Below, in pieces: positions 13,120 to 28,159 of a DNA stretch of 64,000 nucleotides. Below the pieces are notes generated by a model. It was not told the DNA's origin. It saw only the letters and a program-made list of their open reading frames with translations, and did not search any database. Positions within the stretch are counted from its first letter, which is position 1; every line of letters starts with the position of its first letter. Made by a program: the position numbers and the translations under genes. This DNA comes from Massalongia carnosa (lineage: Eukaryota), in contig OZ287078.1 of the NCBI GenBank assembly GCA_965645245.1, positions 434,001 to 498,000 on the forward strand, in the 5' to 3' direction.

Positions 13120-13502
13120 GGGAAGGGAATCAGGGTGGTCTTAGAAGACCAATTTTGGAGGAACTGGGCCATTTGGAGGGGAATGGTACATGTCTTCATA
13201 TATATGCAACGCGATTGCTCTTTCAGATAGAGTCGACTTATCCCTAAGACTGAAATGTTGAAAGTAGAAGCGTGATCCACGGAAAATAAACGTTCTGTAG
13301 GGTACTTCGTAAACATCATCCCCGAAGCGTTAGTGCAGTAAAAATGTATAAGGTTACTCAGCATTCTACCTCTAAAGTCTAAAGCATTTTAACTAAACGC
13401 CAATAGCATGCATCATCAGCCCAAAAGCTGTTTGGAAAAGCACGTCTCCAGCCCAAAAATTCCACCCATCCCCCATCCCTAATAGCTCAAGAGTTCTGTA
13501 CA

Positions 13503-15460
13503 TCATCTCAACCTCACCGGCAAAACCCCCGTAGCAACCCTCTGCCCAACCATAACCTCCGCAACTGCCTCCAGCGCATCCTGCGAATAATCAAAGCAGC
13601 AAACCCCCCACCAGGCTCCCCAATCCCCCTTTAAATCTCGCGGATCGCCTGCGCTCCCGACCACCTTCCTGATCGTTTCGCCTCCCGGTAGCGCCGCCTC
13701 ACGCTCCTGCACGACAACCCGCACGGCGTGGATGAATTCTTGCTGCGCCTCGGTGAAGGCGCTACTGGCGTTGCGAAGGACGAGCACGACGGCCGAGGCG
13801 CGGGTAAGGAATGCCAGGTGCGTGCTGGTCAGGCCGGCGGAGACGGTGTAGGGGACGTGGCGAATGCGGGAATGGGAGCGTGAGAGGGCGCGACCGAGGG
13901 GTTCGAAGGGATCGGAGGCGGCGGTATTCGAGGAGGGATGGGAAGGGGAGAGAACGGTGGGGCTAAGGAGGACAAGGACCGAGGTTGGGGAAAGATTAAG
14001 GAGGGGTGTGGGGCTGGTTGTGAGAGTGGTGATGGAGGCTCGGTAGGCGGCTTTAGCGAGAGCGACGTTGGCGGACAGGATTGCAGATGGGTTTTGCTCA
14101 GGGGTTCGGGTAGCATCTCTGGTAGCGAAGCGATCCTTGAAGGTGGAAATACGCCTTGCTGCGGCCAAAATAGCCGATTCGCTCAGGGTCTGGGCCTGGG
14201 TTGCAGCGTAGATTGCCTGAATATTGGCGATCCGAGTCTCATGATGAGTGGAGAGCCGGACCATATCACAACCCGCCAGCAAAGCTTGAAGTGGTGCGTG
14301 CTGTGCGCATACGAAGCTTTCCGGGGATATTGTCGAGCAGTCGAGTATCACAGGACACTGTAAAGTGAGGCGGCCGCGCAAAATATGTTGGATGATTGTA
14401 TCCATCGATTCGCCTGCCTGTGCTTGGTTGTGAAAGCCATGGAGGTTGGAAGAAAGCTGTAGGCTATCGAGACATCGCGCTTGGATGAGCCGTTGTAAAG
14501 GTATGAGCCCATCTTCCTCAATCGCTTCAGCGGCATCAATCCCATCCTCTTCACGATGTATAGCCGTATAAATATCCTCTACTGCTGGACCCAAAGCTTC
14601 TATCGCGCACGATGCCACACGATTGGAGTGTAGGCCCTGTATGAAGGCTAACGCATGGCTGCTTATCGTTTCTGCTTCACTGCCAAAGCGTCGCGATCCA
14701 TCCAGTGGTTCTGTGAGATCTGTAATGAAATCGAGGAGTGGTTCCTTCAGCCAGTTGATTCCGATCAATGCAAGTTCAGCGCTCAACCCCTTTCCAACGC
14801 TCGTTGTGATGGACGGTGTGTTTGAGGCGGCGAGACCTAGGGCGCTGGGGAATTGAGTGAAATGTAGGCCATCCGTGAATCTGCCAGCCTACATTGCTCA
14901 CAGATCAGCTTAATTCATCTTGAAAATAAAGCTACCTTGAGTAGATACGCCACGAGTCGCCTTAAACTGAGCTGGTCTTTAACCCCCACATTCCAGCTCG
15001 ATCCCAGCCATAGCTTTATACTACGCGGCTCGAATTGCGAGAATCCGACGCTGAACATCACAATTGTCTAGCAATGATCAAGAGCTGTTGGTCTGTATAT
15101 TGACCCAGAAACGAGCAGTCTCCAGCATGAGGCAGAGGAAATGTGGCAGCAGAAGGAGGAATTCCCAGAAGAAAGGTGACGCACCACAATGGGCTCAAGA
15201 TCAACTCCAACCAAAAGGGGCTGGGGATGCCCAGCAGTTTGGGCTAGTGTCTGAAGTTCCTCGACCAAACGTGAGGCTTTTGCAGCATCTAAGAAATCGC
15301 TCAGCCATCAGGTAAAGGCAGGCCTAAACAGGATGATGTACCTTGGAATTTTGATAACTTCAAAACCACGCTCCCTACAAAATAGTCCGAAACAAGGGTC
15401 CGTACCGAAGCTGTTAATGTAGAAATCTCCACAGAAATTATGAGTCTTTGACCCAAAAGC
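13503..15460 (-). CDS. Divergent glycoside hydrolase family 3 (NagZ / beta-N-acetylglucosaminidase-like) protein; true start lies further upstream and is uncertain
   Basis: Exon fragments LLGQRLIISVEISTLTASVRTLVSDYFVGSVVL, ELQTLAQTAGHPQPLLVGVDLE, FPSALGLAA, ELALIGINWLKEPLLD, SRRFGS, ILRGRLTLQCPVILDC, ALLAGCDMV and a C-terminal GVLPV follow the order of GH3 NagZ-type domains. Confidence 0.75.
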
Positions 15461-17086
15461 CTGCCAAAATTGTTAGAATCCTACTGGGCGACACGGAGAC
15501 TAATGTAGCTTGGAATGGACATAGGGCGCCTGGAGAACCAACACTTTTTGCCGATCACTGATGCTTTCGGGTCCACCGGTTGTATAAGCGGCCAAGTCAC
15601 AACATGCCTGTCTCGAGACGTTAGAACTTGGTTTGCGTTAGGAGCCCGGGGATACCCACCGATGCCATTGACAATCCTTAACCTTCGCATCTCTCGGCCC
15701 CTCCAAAGCCCAAAGTTGTTCGGTACTTTATCAGCAGTTGCCCAAGTCGCCCTTGGACTATCGCAGAGCCAAAGGAGAAGCCGGACCATACTGAACAGAT
15801 TAAAAAGCTGAGCAGAAAGGATAGGATCTTATGCTGTGTAATCCTAAGAGCTCCACCATCGCTCTTGCCATCTCTCCCTGACGACACCTCTCTCACTCCG
15901 ACGGTCCTATGTGCTAACGTGCGAACGTGCGAACCACATTGCCTATACGTACAAGTCGCTGCATGAGATGATCCATGTGATAGGGTGTCTCTGCCGCTAT
16001 CACACTGAAACCCTTCCCGGACCCAAACCAGATAAAGCTTACGGTGAAGTATAAAAGGGAGGTAAGAATTTCTTAAGCTAAATAAGCCCCCAAATGATGA
16101 GAGAGTACCCAATAGAAGGGAGGGGTCTAGATCGAAAGCACACCACTTTCAACCTTTTACGCCTTAGCACCCCTTTCCCGAAACCTCGATCCTTCCAACA
16201 AACAGGCAGCTGTATCCCCGGATAGATGAATAGAGTTGCAAGCCGCACCAACGCTTATGCATGCCATTGCAGCATTGACGTACCCCTTCGTCATGGATCA
16301 CGGCGATTGTGGTGCATCATCAGGGCAGATCGAGGTTCTTGGACAGGATCACAAAAATTTGCGAGCCTCCATGAGAGATGGCTCTTCTGAGGGGCATTGG
16401 GCTCGCAACGCCACACTGCACCTCTTACACAAATGAGATATACCCATGATCTCATACACAAGGATGACGCCGTCAAAGGAACGTCTCGAACGGAAAACAC
16501 ATGTGAAAAACCATTCCAGCGACATGGTTGAGGTAGAAAGCCCGCATCAGCTGGTAAGGTTCCTGCAAGCCTCAAACAAGGGAAGATTTAACTATCAGGG
16601 GTCAGAAGTTCATTCCCAGCGAATCTTGCCCGCGCCTAGGAACCGAGCATCTTTGTTGGTAGAAAAGGTTTTCCGGTGGAGTGGAAGCTGGAACACCTCG
16701 GAGACGATCGTCATGGCATTCTACCTCAATCTAGATTTCGATCACAGCCATGTTGAGATACCTGGCTGAAGACCTGGGTTTTGTGAGAATTAGCACCTGA
16801 CCAGTTTAGCGGATGCATTAGGATAGATTATAAGTGAGAAATTGAGTTTCCTGAAGACACTTTGCATCCATGACTATCATATTGTAGTGTGAGGGATCCC
16901 GATCCATGGCAGCGCCAAATTATTCAATTGACTGGGAACTGAATTGATGTAATGGGGGGTGTCAACATGACGCTTTTCTCTTTGCAACTCGCTATTCGAT
17001 ACATCCTCCCACCCTGATGGCCAGTACCACACATATCACGGAACTAGAAATATTTGTAAAATAGGAATAGAAAGAGAGACAAGGAG

Positions 17087-19656
17087 ATGCCAGCCGCCAC
17101 CAAACCTCTGTGTAAGACATTGCATTGCTGTTCCTCTGTCATCATCAACTGATCATTAGAGAAGATGGCTCGGACGTAGAGATCAACGAAGCAGTCTCTG
17201 AGTTGATCGCCAGCAAGTTTCCATCAGACCAATTGATATTTGCGCACTTACTAATTGATGATGTGACAGCTTCACGTTCATCGGATAAGACGGAAACTCT
17301 ACTTGCTGTCCCTCACATCCAAGTCATATCCGAATATGCGTATCACTATGGATTGTCAGCCCTACACCTCCAACAACTCCTGGATATCATTACCCTTTCC
17401 AACTCCTTGACCCGTGCAAGCCGTGTCAAAATCATCAAGTCTCTGTATCCAGCATGTAAGGTGTCATCCGATCTCGTCTGTACTATGGTTAGCTCGCTCG
17501 GGTATGGAGTGTCGAAGCCTGCCGCCACCGTGCAATGTTTGCTGCTGAGATGGATTATTATGATCTACGATGTACTGGAGGATTCTTCAATACTCTCAAA
17601 TTTATACAGTGTGCTCTTCAATATGCTAGACATGTTGAGCTTGCGGTATGGAGTCAAAGATTCAATCGTTGGCTTCGCTAACGCTTTCAGAGCCCTTCTT
17701 TGCCAGCTTCTTGCCATGATAACTAGAAAGAAACACGTTAAACCATTCCGAATCCAGTATTTGTTAGTAAAGATTATCTCTACCAATGCACAGAAACTAA
17801 TGGGTTGCAAGACAAGCGCTTTCCACCAGCCTGAGCCGCGAACCATCTTTGACCGGCTTGCTTCGGACATTTGAAAGTTACTGTTCAGATCCACCGTTCG
17901 AGGAGACAGCCAAGGGACGAGCGTCTGCCTTCTCTGTGGGTACTAGACCCATCCTCACTATCAGGAAGCTGATGCCTTTCCTAGCATCCGGACACAGCAT
18001 GGCGCGATAGACTTCAGATTATCCAACAAGAAAATGGATTTGATGCAGGAAATTCCCGTGATGAGCCGTTTTCGTTCACATTGACTCGACGAGGAATGAA
18101 GAAACCTCGCGTCGCCGGTAACAAGACACATTTGGAGCGCTCCGGACAAAAGGTAAATTCAAATATTCAAAGAATGATGACCAGTTTCGATGATTGATAT
18201 TTGTTGTAGTCATCAATTACTCTTGAGGCTATCAATGGAGTGAACGACTTGATTGATAACCTAGAAAATGTCGTTGTTCCTCCCCAGCTGATTTCAGCTA
18301 TTGACGATCCGCTCCTGCAACGATATTTGGAGCTACGATCCAACGCAGAAGCGATAGCTCAGATGGATGGATGGTTGACCTTGTTCTTCGATCAACAGCT
18401 GAAAAAGGCTGAGCAGAACCAGATGCCTAGCAAGGCACTGTCAAATATGTTTTCCAGGATACTTAATTATACTCGATATTCCAAGGTTGGTTATTTAGGA
18501 AACTGAAGTCGAAATTAAGCTGATCAGATCAGACTCTTCCGAACGCGGCACAGTCATTCTTCACACGCTATTTATCAATTTGGAATGGAAAAGAGGATCG
18601 CGATGTAATTCTTAGTCTTTTGTCTTATGTTACAGTCCAACCATTCGAAGGTGTGTTTGTCAATCCCATTAGAAATTGCCCATCTCCTTCTTCACGTTAT
18701 ATTTTTCATAAAAAAGTTGCAATACCTGACTTATTCTAGACCTTCAATCCGACCTTTTCAAAAATCTAGAAACCGCTCTTCTCGACAACAATCCCCAGTC
18801 CACCACCATCCTCCTGGAGTTCTACACCACCCTCCTCCGCCGCTGGACTGCCCAACTCCTCACTCCCCACCCTTCCACCTCTATCGCCCCAGCTTTAAAA
18901 ACCCTAATAACCCACTCCTCCCTCCTCGCTTTAACGCTTCTTACCTCTTCCCCTCCGCATCCGAGTACCCTCTCCGCCACAATCTCGCACTACTCTGCCC
19001 TTTCCAGCCTCATCACCCACCACCCAACCCTGCAACCGCCCAACCCCGAACCCCTAACCATCTACCTTCTCGCCTTCCTCTCTCCCTCCCTCCCCACCCT
19101 CTCGGGCCTCTGCTCCATCCTCGCGGCCCACAAGCTCGCCCTCGAAGCCGCCCCCCCGACAGCCCGCTTGGATATTGCAACATTCAACGGCTTCCTCATG
19201 GATCTGTGCAACCTCCTCTGGCGTTCCCGTGCTTTCAACACCACCGATACCAATGCGCTCGGCTGTCTCTTTCCCGCCTCCCTGCTCTCATGTCTGACCT
19301 CCTACCTTTCTTCCCTTACGACCCCCCTAGACACCCCCGCTTACACGCTCTCATCCGTCTTCTCGCTCTCGCACAATCCAACGCTGGCCGCACTAAGCTT
19401 CGCCGCATTTCGGGAGCGGGAGGATCGCGCCGAGGGGACTATTGCGGCGAGGCACGCGGGGCCCGTGGGGCAAAGGAGTTTGAACGTGTTGGCGGAGGCG
19501 GGTGGAATTAGAGTGGGGTGGAAGGAGTATCGGGTTGAGGTGTTGGAATGGCTGGACGAAAGGGGCGTAAAGGGGGTGGGAGAGTTGATGGGGTGTACGA
19601 TGAAGGGGCTGATGGGAAAGGAGGGTGGCGGTAATGGGGGAGGGGGTGTCTTGTAG
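17087..19656 (+). CDS. mis6: Inner kinetochore protein CENP-I / Mis6 / Ctf3 family, multi-exon (start approximate)
   Basis: IIKSLYPACKVSSDLVCTMVSSLGYGVSKPAATVQCLLLRWIIMIYD, LCQLLAMITRKKHVKPFRIQ, FNGFLMDLCNLLWRSRAF and EYRVEVLEWLDERGVKGVGELM are characteristic of fungal CENP-I. Confidence 0.85.
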
Positions 19657-22406
19657 GTGGGCTGCACGGGAGGAGCCTAGGTCGGTTGGGGAGAATCAAC
19701 TCATTCATCCCTTATTCGCCCTGCTCCTGCAGCCGAAAGAGCCTCAATCTCTCATCACTAACTTCTCGTTCAAGCTCACAAAACTGTCTTAATTCATTTC
19801 ATCCCCCGCTCCCCTTTTTTCTTTCATTTCCTTTCCTCTCTCACTTTCCCTTTCCCCTATTCATCTCCACCTTTCTTACTATCCCTTCGTATCTCTACAA
19901 CCCCCCTTCCCCATTAAATTCCACCCCCCAACTCTCGAAGAACCATTCATTCCTTCCCGTTCGTTCTCGTTCATTCCTCCATCTCCACCTCCCATCTCCA
20001 TCTCCATAGTCATCTCCCTTCCACTCCACCGCCCAGAATGAAGGACAAACAAACCCGCATAGAGCTTTCCCTTGCGTACGTACGGAACGTTGATGGCCCG
20101 TTTATTGAGGCTGGTTCTTGGGCTTTGGGGGGGGGAGGGGGTTGGGGATATGAAATTCGGCGGTTGGGTGGGTTTGTTTTTGGGGGGTTTTAGTGCCTTC
20201 TTTTTGGGGGGGAATCGGGGTGGGAAGAAGAAAAATGTCTTGGCTGCTTGCTTTCTTGCTTGATCGCTCGACAGAACTACCTATTTAGTCCCTTTTCATT
20301 TTCCCTTTCTCCTTTTTCCTTTTTCCTGAGCTTGCTTGTCTCTTTTTTTTTTTTTTACTTATTTATTTTGTCTTCTTCTTGCTTTCTCACCTCCTTCTCC
20401 TCATCCTCCTCCTACTTCTTCTCTTTCTTCTCCTTCTCCTTCCTCTTCTCTTTCCTTATTCGTTTCTCCTCACAAAGTTCTTTTTCCAGAAATATCCTCA
20501 ACAACAACAATAACACTTGCCTCTCCGCTCTACGACCGTTTATGATCCTCCATAACTCTCTAAATTTATGTTCCTTTTTTTTCCTTCTCTAGGCTAGTTT
20601 TCTGATAAGTGATGAGAAGGAGAATGATGCATGGACGCGAAAGGACAGACAGATTTGGAGATGGAAGGAGGGAGAAGGAGAAGGAGGTGAGCTGGATGAA
20701 AGAGAAGGGGGAGATATTCTATAAGGCTTGATGAAACGACAGCAATAGAAAAGGGGTAAACGAATTTTGAGGTTTTTCTCGTCGTCTTTCTTCAACATTA
20801 CTTCTCCGTTTCCTTATCATTATTGATTTATGGTGTTTTTTTTTGTTCGCTTTACAAATAACATCTTTATTGTATTTAAGAACCTACATTCTAACGTTAT
20901 AGCATCCAGCTCATTCAGATAGACCAAGTATATGAGAAGCGACGAGACGAAATCCATGAAAAATTATGCGAGGGTTTCTAAATTCCAGTTTTTTTTCCCT
21001 TAAGTCATTTTTTTAAAAAAAGGAACAATGAGATAAATCATCAAGAGAAGAAATTTACACATAAAATAAATTCCCCGTTCACCAATCTCATTTCCTTAAT
21101 ACGCCTCCCCTCCTTTCTCCGACCCTTCTTCCTGCCTGAACACGAGACATTTAAAACAGAAGAGCAAGACTGTCAAGCTAAACATCACAGAAAATCTAAT
21201 ACAGTCAATTAGATGAGTGGTTTCTAATACCAAAATTAAAATTAAAAATCATTAATTAAGAAACAGAAGTATGATAGGAAATCTATAAACCCAACCTATC
21301 TCCTCGTCCCATCCCCCCTTCTCCTTTAATCCTCAGAATAAGATAAGAACAAGTTCAGCCCTCTCAACAACCCCCTCCCCCCTAAAAAAACCAGAAATCA
21401 AATACAGAAACAGAACACTAAAGGGAAAAAAACGAAATAATCGAAAATTCTCGCCGACGCTGCTTCCGTCATGGCATCAACCGAGCGCACAAAAATGGAG
21501 TAAATGAACGAAAAGAGAGAATAAAAGAAACAGTAGGATTGGATAGAATAGAGTAGATTAGAGTAAAATATAATAGAATCTTCAATCACAAATAAACCCC
21601 TATTCCCCCCTCCTCCTCTTTCCCCCTATTCAAGAATACATAACCACTCCAAAACCCACTTCAAACCCTCATAATACATCACCCATTCTGATCCAGAATC
21701 CCGAATCTCTCAAATTCTCAACACGAAATTACGAAATCACGAAAACCATCAAATCCACCTAGGGCATGCATGACGGAAGCGATGATGACGAATTCTTGAT
21801 ACGCGGGAAGCAAGGGGCGAAAAGTGCCGGGTGTATGTATATACGAGAGTTTGGGACTGGGGGATTGGGAGTTGGGCAGCAAAAGGGGGTTAGAGAAGAA
21901 GAAGGAGAAAAACGGAGGGGTATATATATTCTTTTTTATATTCGCCTTTATTGGTTTTTCTTGTTGCTGCTGGGGTTTATTTACACAGTAGAAGTTCGAG
22001 GGAGAGAGCGAGATAAGAGAGGGAAATTGGGAGGATTGGGGGGATCTAAAGAGAAAGGAGGAAGAAGAGGAAGAAAAAGGGGAAAGGGGGAAAGGAAGAG
22101 GGAGAGTTGGACGGATATATATACCCGTTGAATCAGAATTACCTTGCTAGACTTAACATAACCCCGAAGCAGGTTAACATTACGTGAATAGAAGAAAAAC
22201 TCAAAAGGTTGGAACATGTATATCTATCCATCCATTCGCGCGCTAGGCCCGGAAAACAAAACCGAAAAAGTGGGTGTATCAGATGAAAAAACAAAAGCAG
22301 GTACCTATCTTACAAACCTCTTCCACGCTCAACCAACGAAGGAGGGGGGAAACCATCCCCATCCTACCAAAAGACACAAAAAACCTCCGCCAAGCAGCTT
22401 AGGTCC

Positions 22407-22900
22407 TCAAAGCCGCCCTAACAAATCCAGTATGTCCTCCCCCTTCATGGCTCTCCCTCCGGCGAAGTCGCTCCCAATTCCCCTAACTTCCTTTACCGGC
22501 ACCCCGGTAGCCTCTTCACCCGCGTAATAGAACCACGCCCGCCTTGCCATCATAGTGACGTGCTCGGGCAAGTAAAGCGAGGCGGCGATGACAATCATGG
22601 AGAGAACGAGGAAGAGGAATGAATCTATAGTGTAGCCGAAAGGCAATGGTTAGCTCTCTTTCTCTTCCGTTTGGCGGTGTTTATTTAGCGCTGAGGAATA
22701 GGCTGGGGTTGGGGAGGGGGGGAGGATATAGGGATCAAAAGTGAAGAGGAAGGGAGGAAAGAATAAGAGGTGAAATGAAAATGAAAACACGTACTGAAAA
22801 TAAATTTCTCCGTTGGCGTAAGCATGTAGAGCGAAAACGTCACTTCGTACTGGTAGCGTTTCCGTTGGAGCCAGCGGAGGAGGGAGGAGGTATAGAGCAT
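22407..22900 (-). CDS. Serine palmitoyltransferase small regulatory subunit-like protein (ssSPT/Tsc3-like), two exons
   Basis: LRWLQRKRYQYEVTFSLYMLTPTEKFIF, an intron, then SFLFLVLSMIVIAASLYLPEHV...RAWFYYAG. Matches the ssSPT family pattern (Y-E-V-T-x-x-LYML-x-P-x-EK plus one transmembrane helix). Confidence 0.85.
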
Positions 22901-23692
22901 CCTTGTTGCTCCGTTTTGTTTCCTGAATTGGCGCGCACCCTAGCTCACGCCCTCTCCTTCTATTGCCTAGGTTTCCGTTCGAGTTGCGGCGGATCAAAGG
23001 TGGGTAGGACGGATTGAGGGAATCGCGATCTCGAAGGGTGGCAATGGGGGTGATTGAGAGCGGTTGGCGGCTTGGATGAGGTGGAACGTTTGATGAGGCT
23101 AGTGACGGAGTCCTAGGAATAGCACTGACGGTAAAGAGTTTCGAGAGAGGAAGCGCGCGTAGGTTGCTGGGTGCTGAGGTGCGAAAGATGGAATCAGTAT
23201 TTGATAGAGTCACGGGATATCCGTCAGTTTGGCACATCACGTGACTTAAACTTCCTGTTCTCTTGAACCGACGATCGATGGGGATACCCAGCAACTTTAG
23301 GCTAGTAAATTAAGGGTAATGGATGGTCAATAGGTTTATGACCGGAATGTAGAAATGCCCCAGGCGAGTTGAATGAACATGAATTTTTGGTACTTGTCGC
23401 CAATCTGTCACTCTAAAGAAAAGGAGCAAAGCATCGCTCTTCGCCCCATCGCTGCAACAATCAACCAAACTCTAAAAGACGCACCCCTTCCCTTCCTCCC
23501 TATGGCTACGATCATCTTCCGCTAGAACCACCAGTCTTTCTCATATCAGCATCTGAAGCTCGTGACAACATGATCTAATCGCTTGCTTGTAGGATGATTG
23601 AGACGATCTCAATATACGCACACAATGGGCTTGCGAAAGTGCTGAAGAAAGTCAGGATAAATCTCGGCATATCTCGATCGCCATGACTTTCC

Positions 23693-25205
<1,513 letters not shown>

Positions 25206-26370
25206 TGCGATTAGCTTGGTGACGGGAAAAAAGGATGCGAGAACGTCAAGTCGTATGGAAGAGTGGATGGATCGTGTTTCTGAGCACAGGTGCCAGAGGT
25301 TGATCAGAGTCAAAGTGGGTGGAATAGGAGTTGGGCTGGACAGGTCGTTGGAGGGGGCGATGACAGGAAGGGTTGAAGAAACGCCTGTGGTACAAAATTT
25401 CTGTGGGCTGAAGCGGCAAGCGAGACTAAAAACTTAGTTGACGCCAAAAGTGAAGGGGTCTTGCCACTTTGCCTGTTGTTGGAGAGGGTATAAATTGAAT
25501 CGGTGGATTGAGCCTTCCTGAGATGCCCAGGTTTACGGTCTCCAGAAGTGCTGTAGACCTGACTTCCACTACTTGTATCTATTCAATCGAGTCTGCCTGT
25601 TCATCTGTATAACATACGGCTTACGCAAGTCAAGAGCAATGCTAGCAGGCAGCAGATTTAACCCCCATAAAGTAGAACCATTACACGCGTCCTTCAGTGT
25701 CCTCGAAGCCTTTTTCGTAGTCCCATCTATAGGTACTAAGAACAAGAGTGCTATTCAGGGGAAACCTCAAACAGGGAATAAACGGGAGAAAAGGGGATGA
25801 GAAATTGATGGGTTTCCCTCTTTGGTGCGCTAGGAATGACATAGGGGGAGGTGGAATAGGTATTCAAGTACGAGCACCTATCGAGTATTCAGCTATCGCT
25901 AATCTTCAGCCTCAAAATTTCAGTCGACGCTCAGGCGCTTGGGTCCTGTAAGTATACATATGTACTGAATATGTAAAGAAAACTTACAAGAGAGTTTCAT
26001 ATCATCACGATCCGCCCTCTAAGCGTATGGTCAACATGTCAAAGGCCTGATGTCACTCATTAGTTGATGCAATGGAAACGAGGAGAACCTTTGCGAATTC
26101 CACAACCCTTTTCCGACTTTTAATCATTTAGACATGGCTAGAAATGGTCAGAACAGGACAAAGCTAGCTCTCAAAGCTCTATGATACCGGCTGTGACTCC
26201 GGGTCGAAGGTTGCATGTTGAGCAGTCAAAAACTTAATGCTTTCTGCATCCAAAATATCCGCCTCTCCATAAGGCTTTCGTGGGTACCACAACTCGATTT
26301 GTGAGAAAACAAAGCAGCTTCCACCACTACCTCTATCCCCGTCCACGCCCCCGTCCCGGGCTAGTAAATC

Positions 26371-27210
26371 ATGGACCCAGGCATGAACAATCTCCTAAAA
26401 TGGAGTCTGGAAAATACCTCCACCACTTCCCCCACCTCCCCGCCTCCAGCTCCGCGAACCACCAGCCTAAACGCCGAAGCCCTTAAAGTGCTCATGGGCG
26501 GCCCTAGCGACGCCGACCTGATGCGCGAGTCTATGGCCGCGATCCAGTCCGCCGACATCTCGCTCGAGGACAAACTGGTCGCCTTCGACAATTTCGAGCA
26601 GCTGATAGAGAGCATCGACAACGCGAACAACATGCAAACGCTCGGGCTGTGGACGCCGCTCGTGGCCTTGCTAAGTAGTGAGGAGGAGGAGTTAAGGCGT
26701 ATGGCGGCTTGGTGCGTGGGTACGGCCGTGCAGAATAACGTCAAGGCGCAAGAGCGGGTAATTTTTTTTCTTTTTTCTTTCGTGGCCCCTCTATCCATTG
26801 TCCATCGGAACAACTAACCTCAAACCGCGCAGCTCCTCGTCGTCAATGGTATCCCGCCCCTCGTAAAACTCGCTCTGCACGACCACAACGAGCCCGTCCG
26901 GCGAAAAGCCATCTATGCTATCTCGAGCGCAGTACGAAACTACCAACCCGCACTCGACGCCGCTCTTCGTATCTTACATCAGAAGCTACTGCCGAAGCCG
27001 AAGCCGGAGGCGGAGGCAGGGGCGGAGGCAGGAGCGGGGGCGGGAGCGGAGCCGCAGGGACCGGAAGGCCGCAAATCGGAGGGGGCGAGACTGGAAAAGG
27101 GCGTGGATGCAGGGGATATGGAGGCTGTGGATTTTGTGATCGAGTGTTTGAGGAGAGGGGAGGGGCTGGGAAAGAGGGACAAGGACAAGAGCGGTGCGGG
27201 GGGCAGGTAA
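26371..27210 (+). CDS. FES1: Hsp70 nucleotide exchange factor Fes1
   Basis: [59 protein letters not shown], one intron, then [23 protein letters not shown] stop at 27208-27210. Confidence 0.93.
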
Positions 27211-28159
27211 GATGAGGAGGGTGGTGCGGGTGTCTGTGGGTAGTGGATTAGGAGGGATTTCGCGCCGGTGGAGAGATGCATGTATGCATGTCTTCTTTCT
27301 TCAGTTTTGTTTTCGGCTACTACCAAAAAATAGATCGATACGTTACATAATGCGAACAAAATACCTAACCACCCACTAAATTGCCTCTCTGCCCCGCACC
27401 ATGTAACGAAATATGGTATGCTGAACCCCGAATTTCGCTCTCAATTCGTCAGGGAAAGAGAGAGAGAGATCTCCGCTCATCATGTCGGGAGGGGGCCGTT
27501 CATTGAACGAGGCAACCTCCCCAACGCCAGATGCGATGCGATGCGAAGCTGGCTGTGCTTTGGAATGGGAGAGGGGAAAACTCTCGCGAGCGCTCTTGAC
27601 CCCAAACAGCAGCAAACCGGATGGGTGCACTCCTCGGTCTTCCTATGCTAGCTTGGTAGAAGACTGAAGGTTTTTCACTGCGTGACTCTCTCTCTCGTTC
27701 CCTCGTTCTTGGCGTGAGGATCTAAGCAACATGCAGATAGATGCATACAAGGTATGTCTCTCCAAGTACTGTCATGATGGAAAGGCGCTACAACAGGAAC
27801 GTCTCTCTCGCTGAGGTTACATGGTTATATGACGGAAACTATGCCGCGAAGATTCTCCACTTCCTGTCCCTGGCGCGTGGGAGTGGGTGGTAGGGATTCC
27901 TTGGCGGATTCCTTGGCGAGATGGAGGATAAGATCGGGTTGGAGACGGAAGTCGAGATGGAGGAGGTATTAAGGATAAGGGAGACAAATGCCGAGAAAGG
28001 AGAGCAGCGAATGGCGCAGCAGGGAGGGAGGACGGGAGGATTCAGCTGCGTGTTAGGTAATATCAGGGCTCACGCGGGGTCTGTGCTGTCACAAGCTAAT
28101 CTATCTCCATGCCTTGGTTTGCCACATTGAGGATTGCTTGCGCAACTCTTCCCCAGGCG

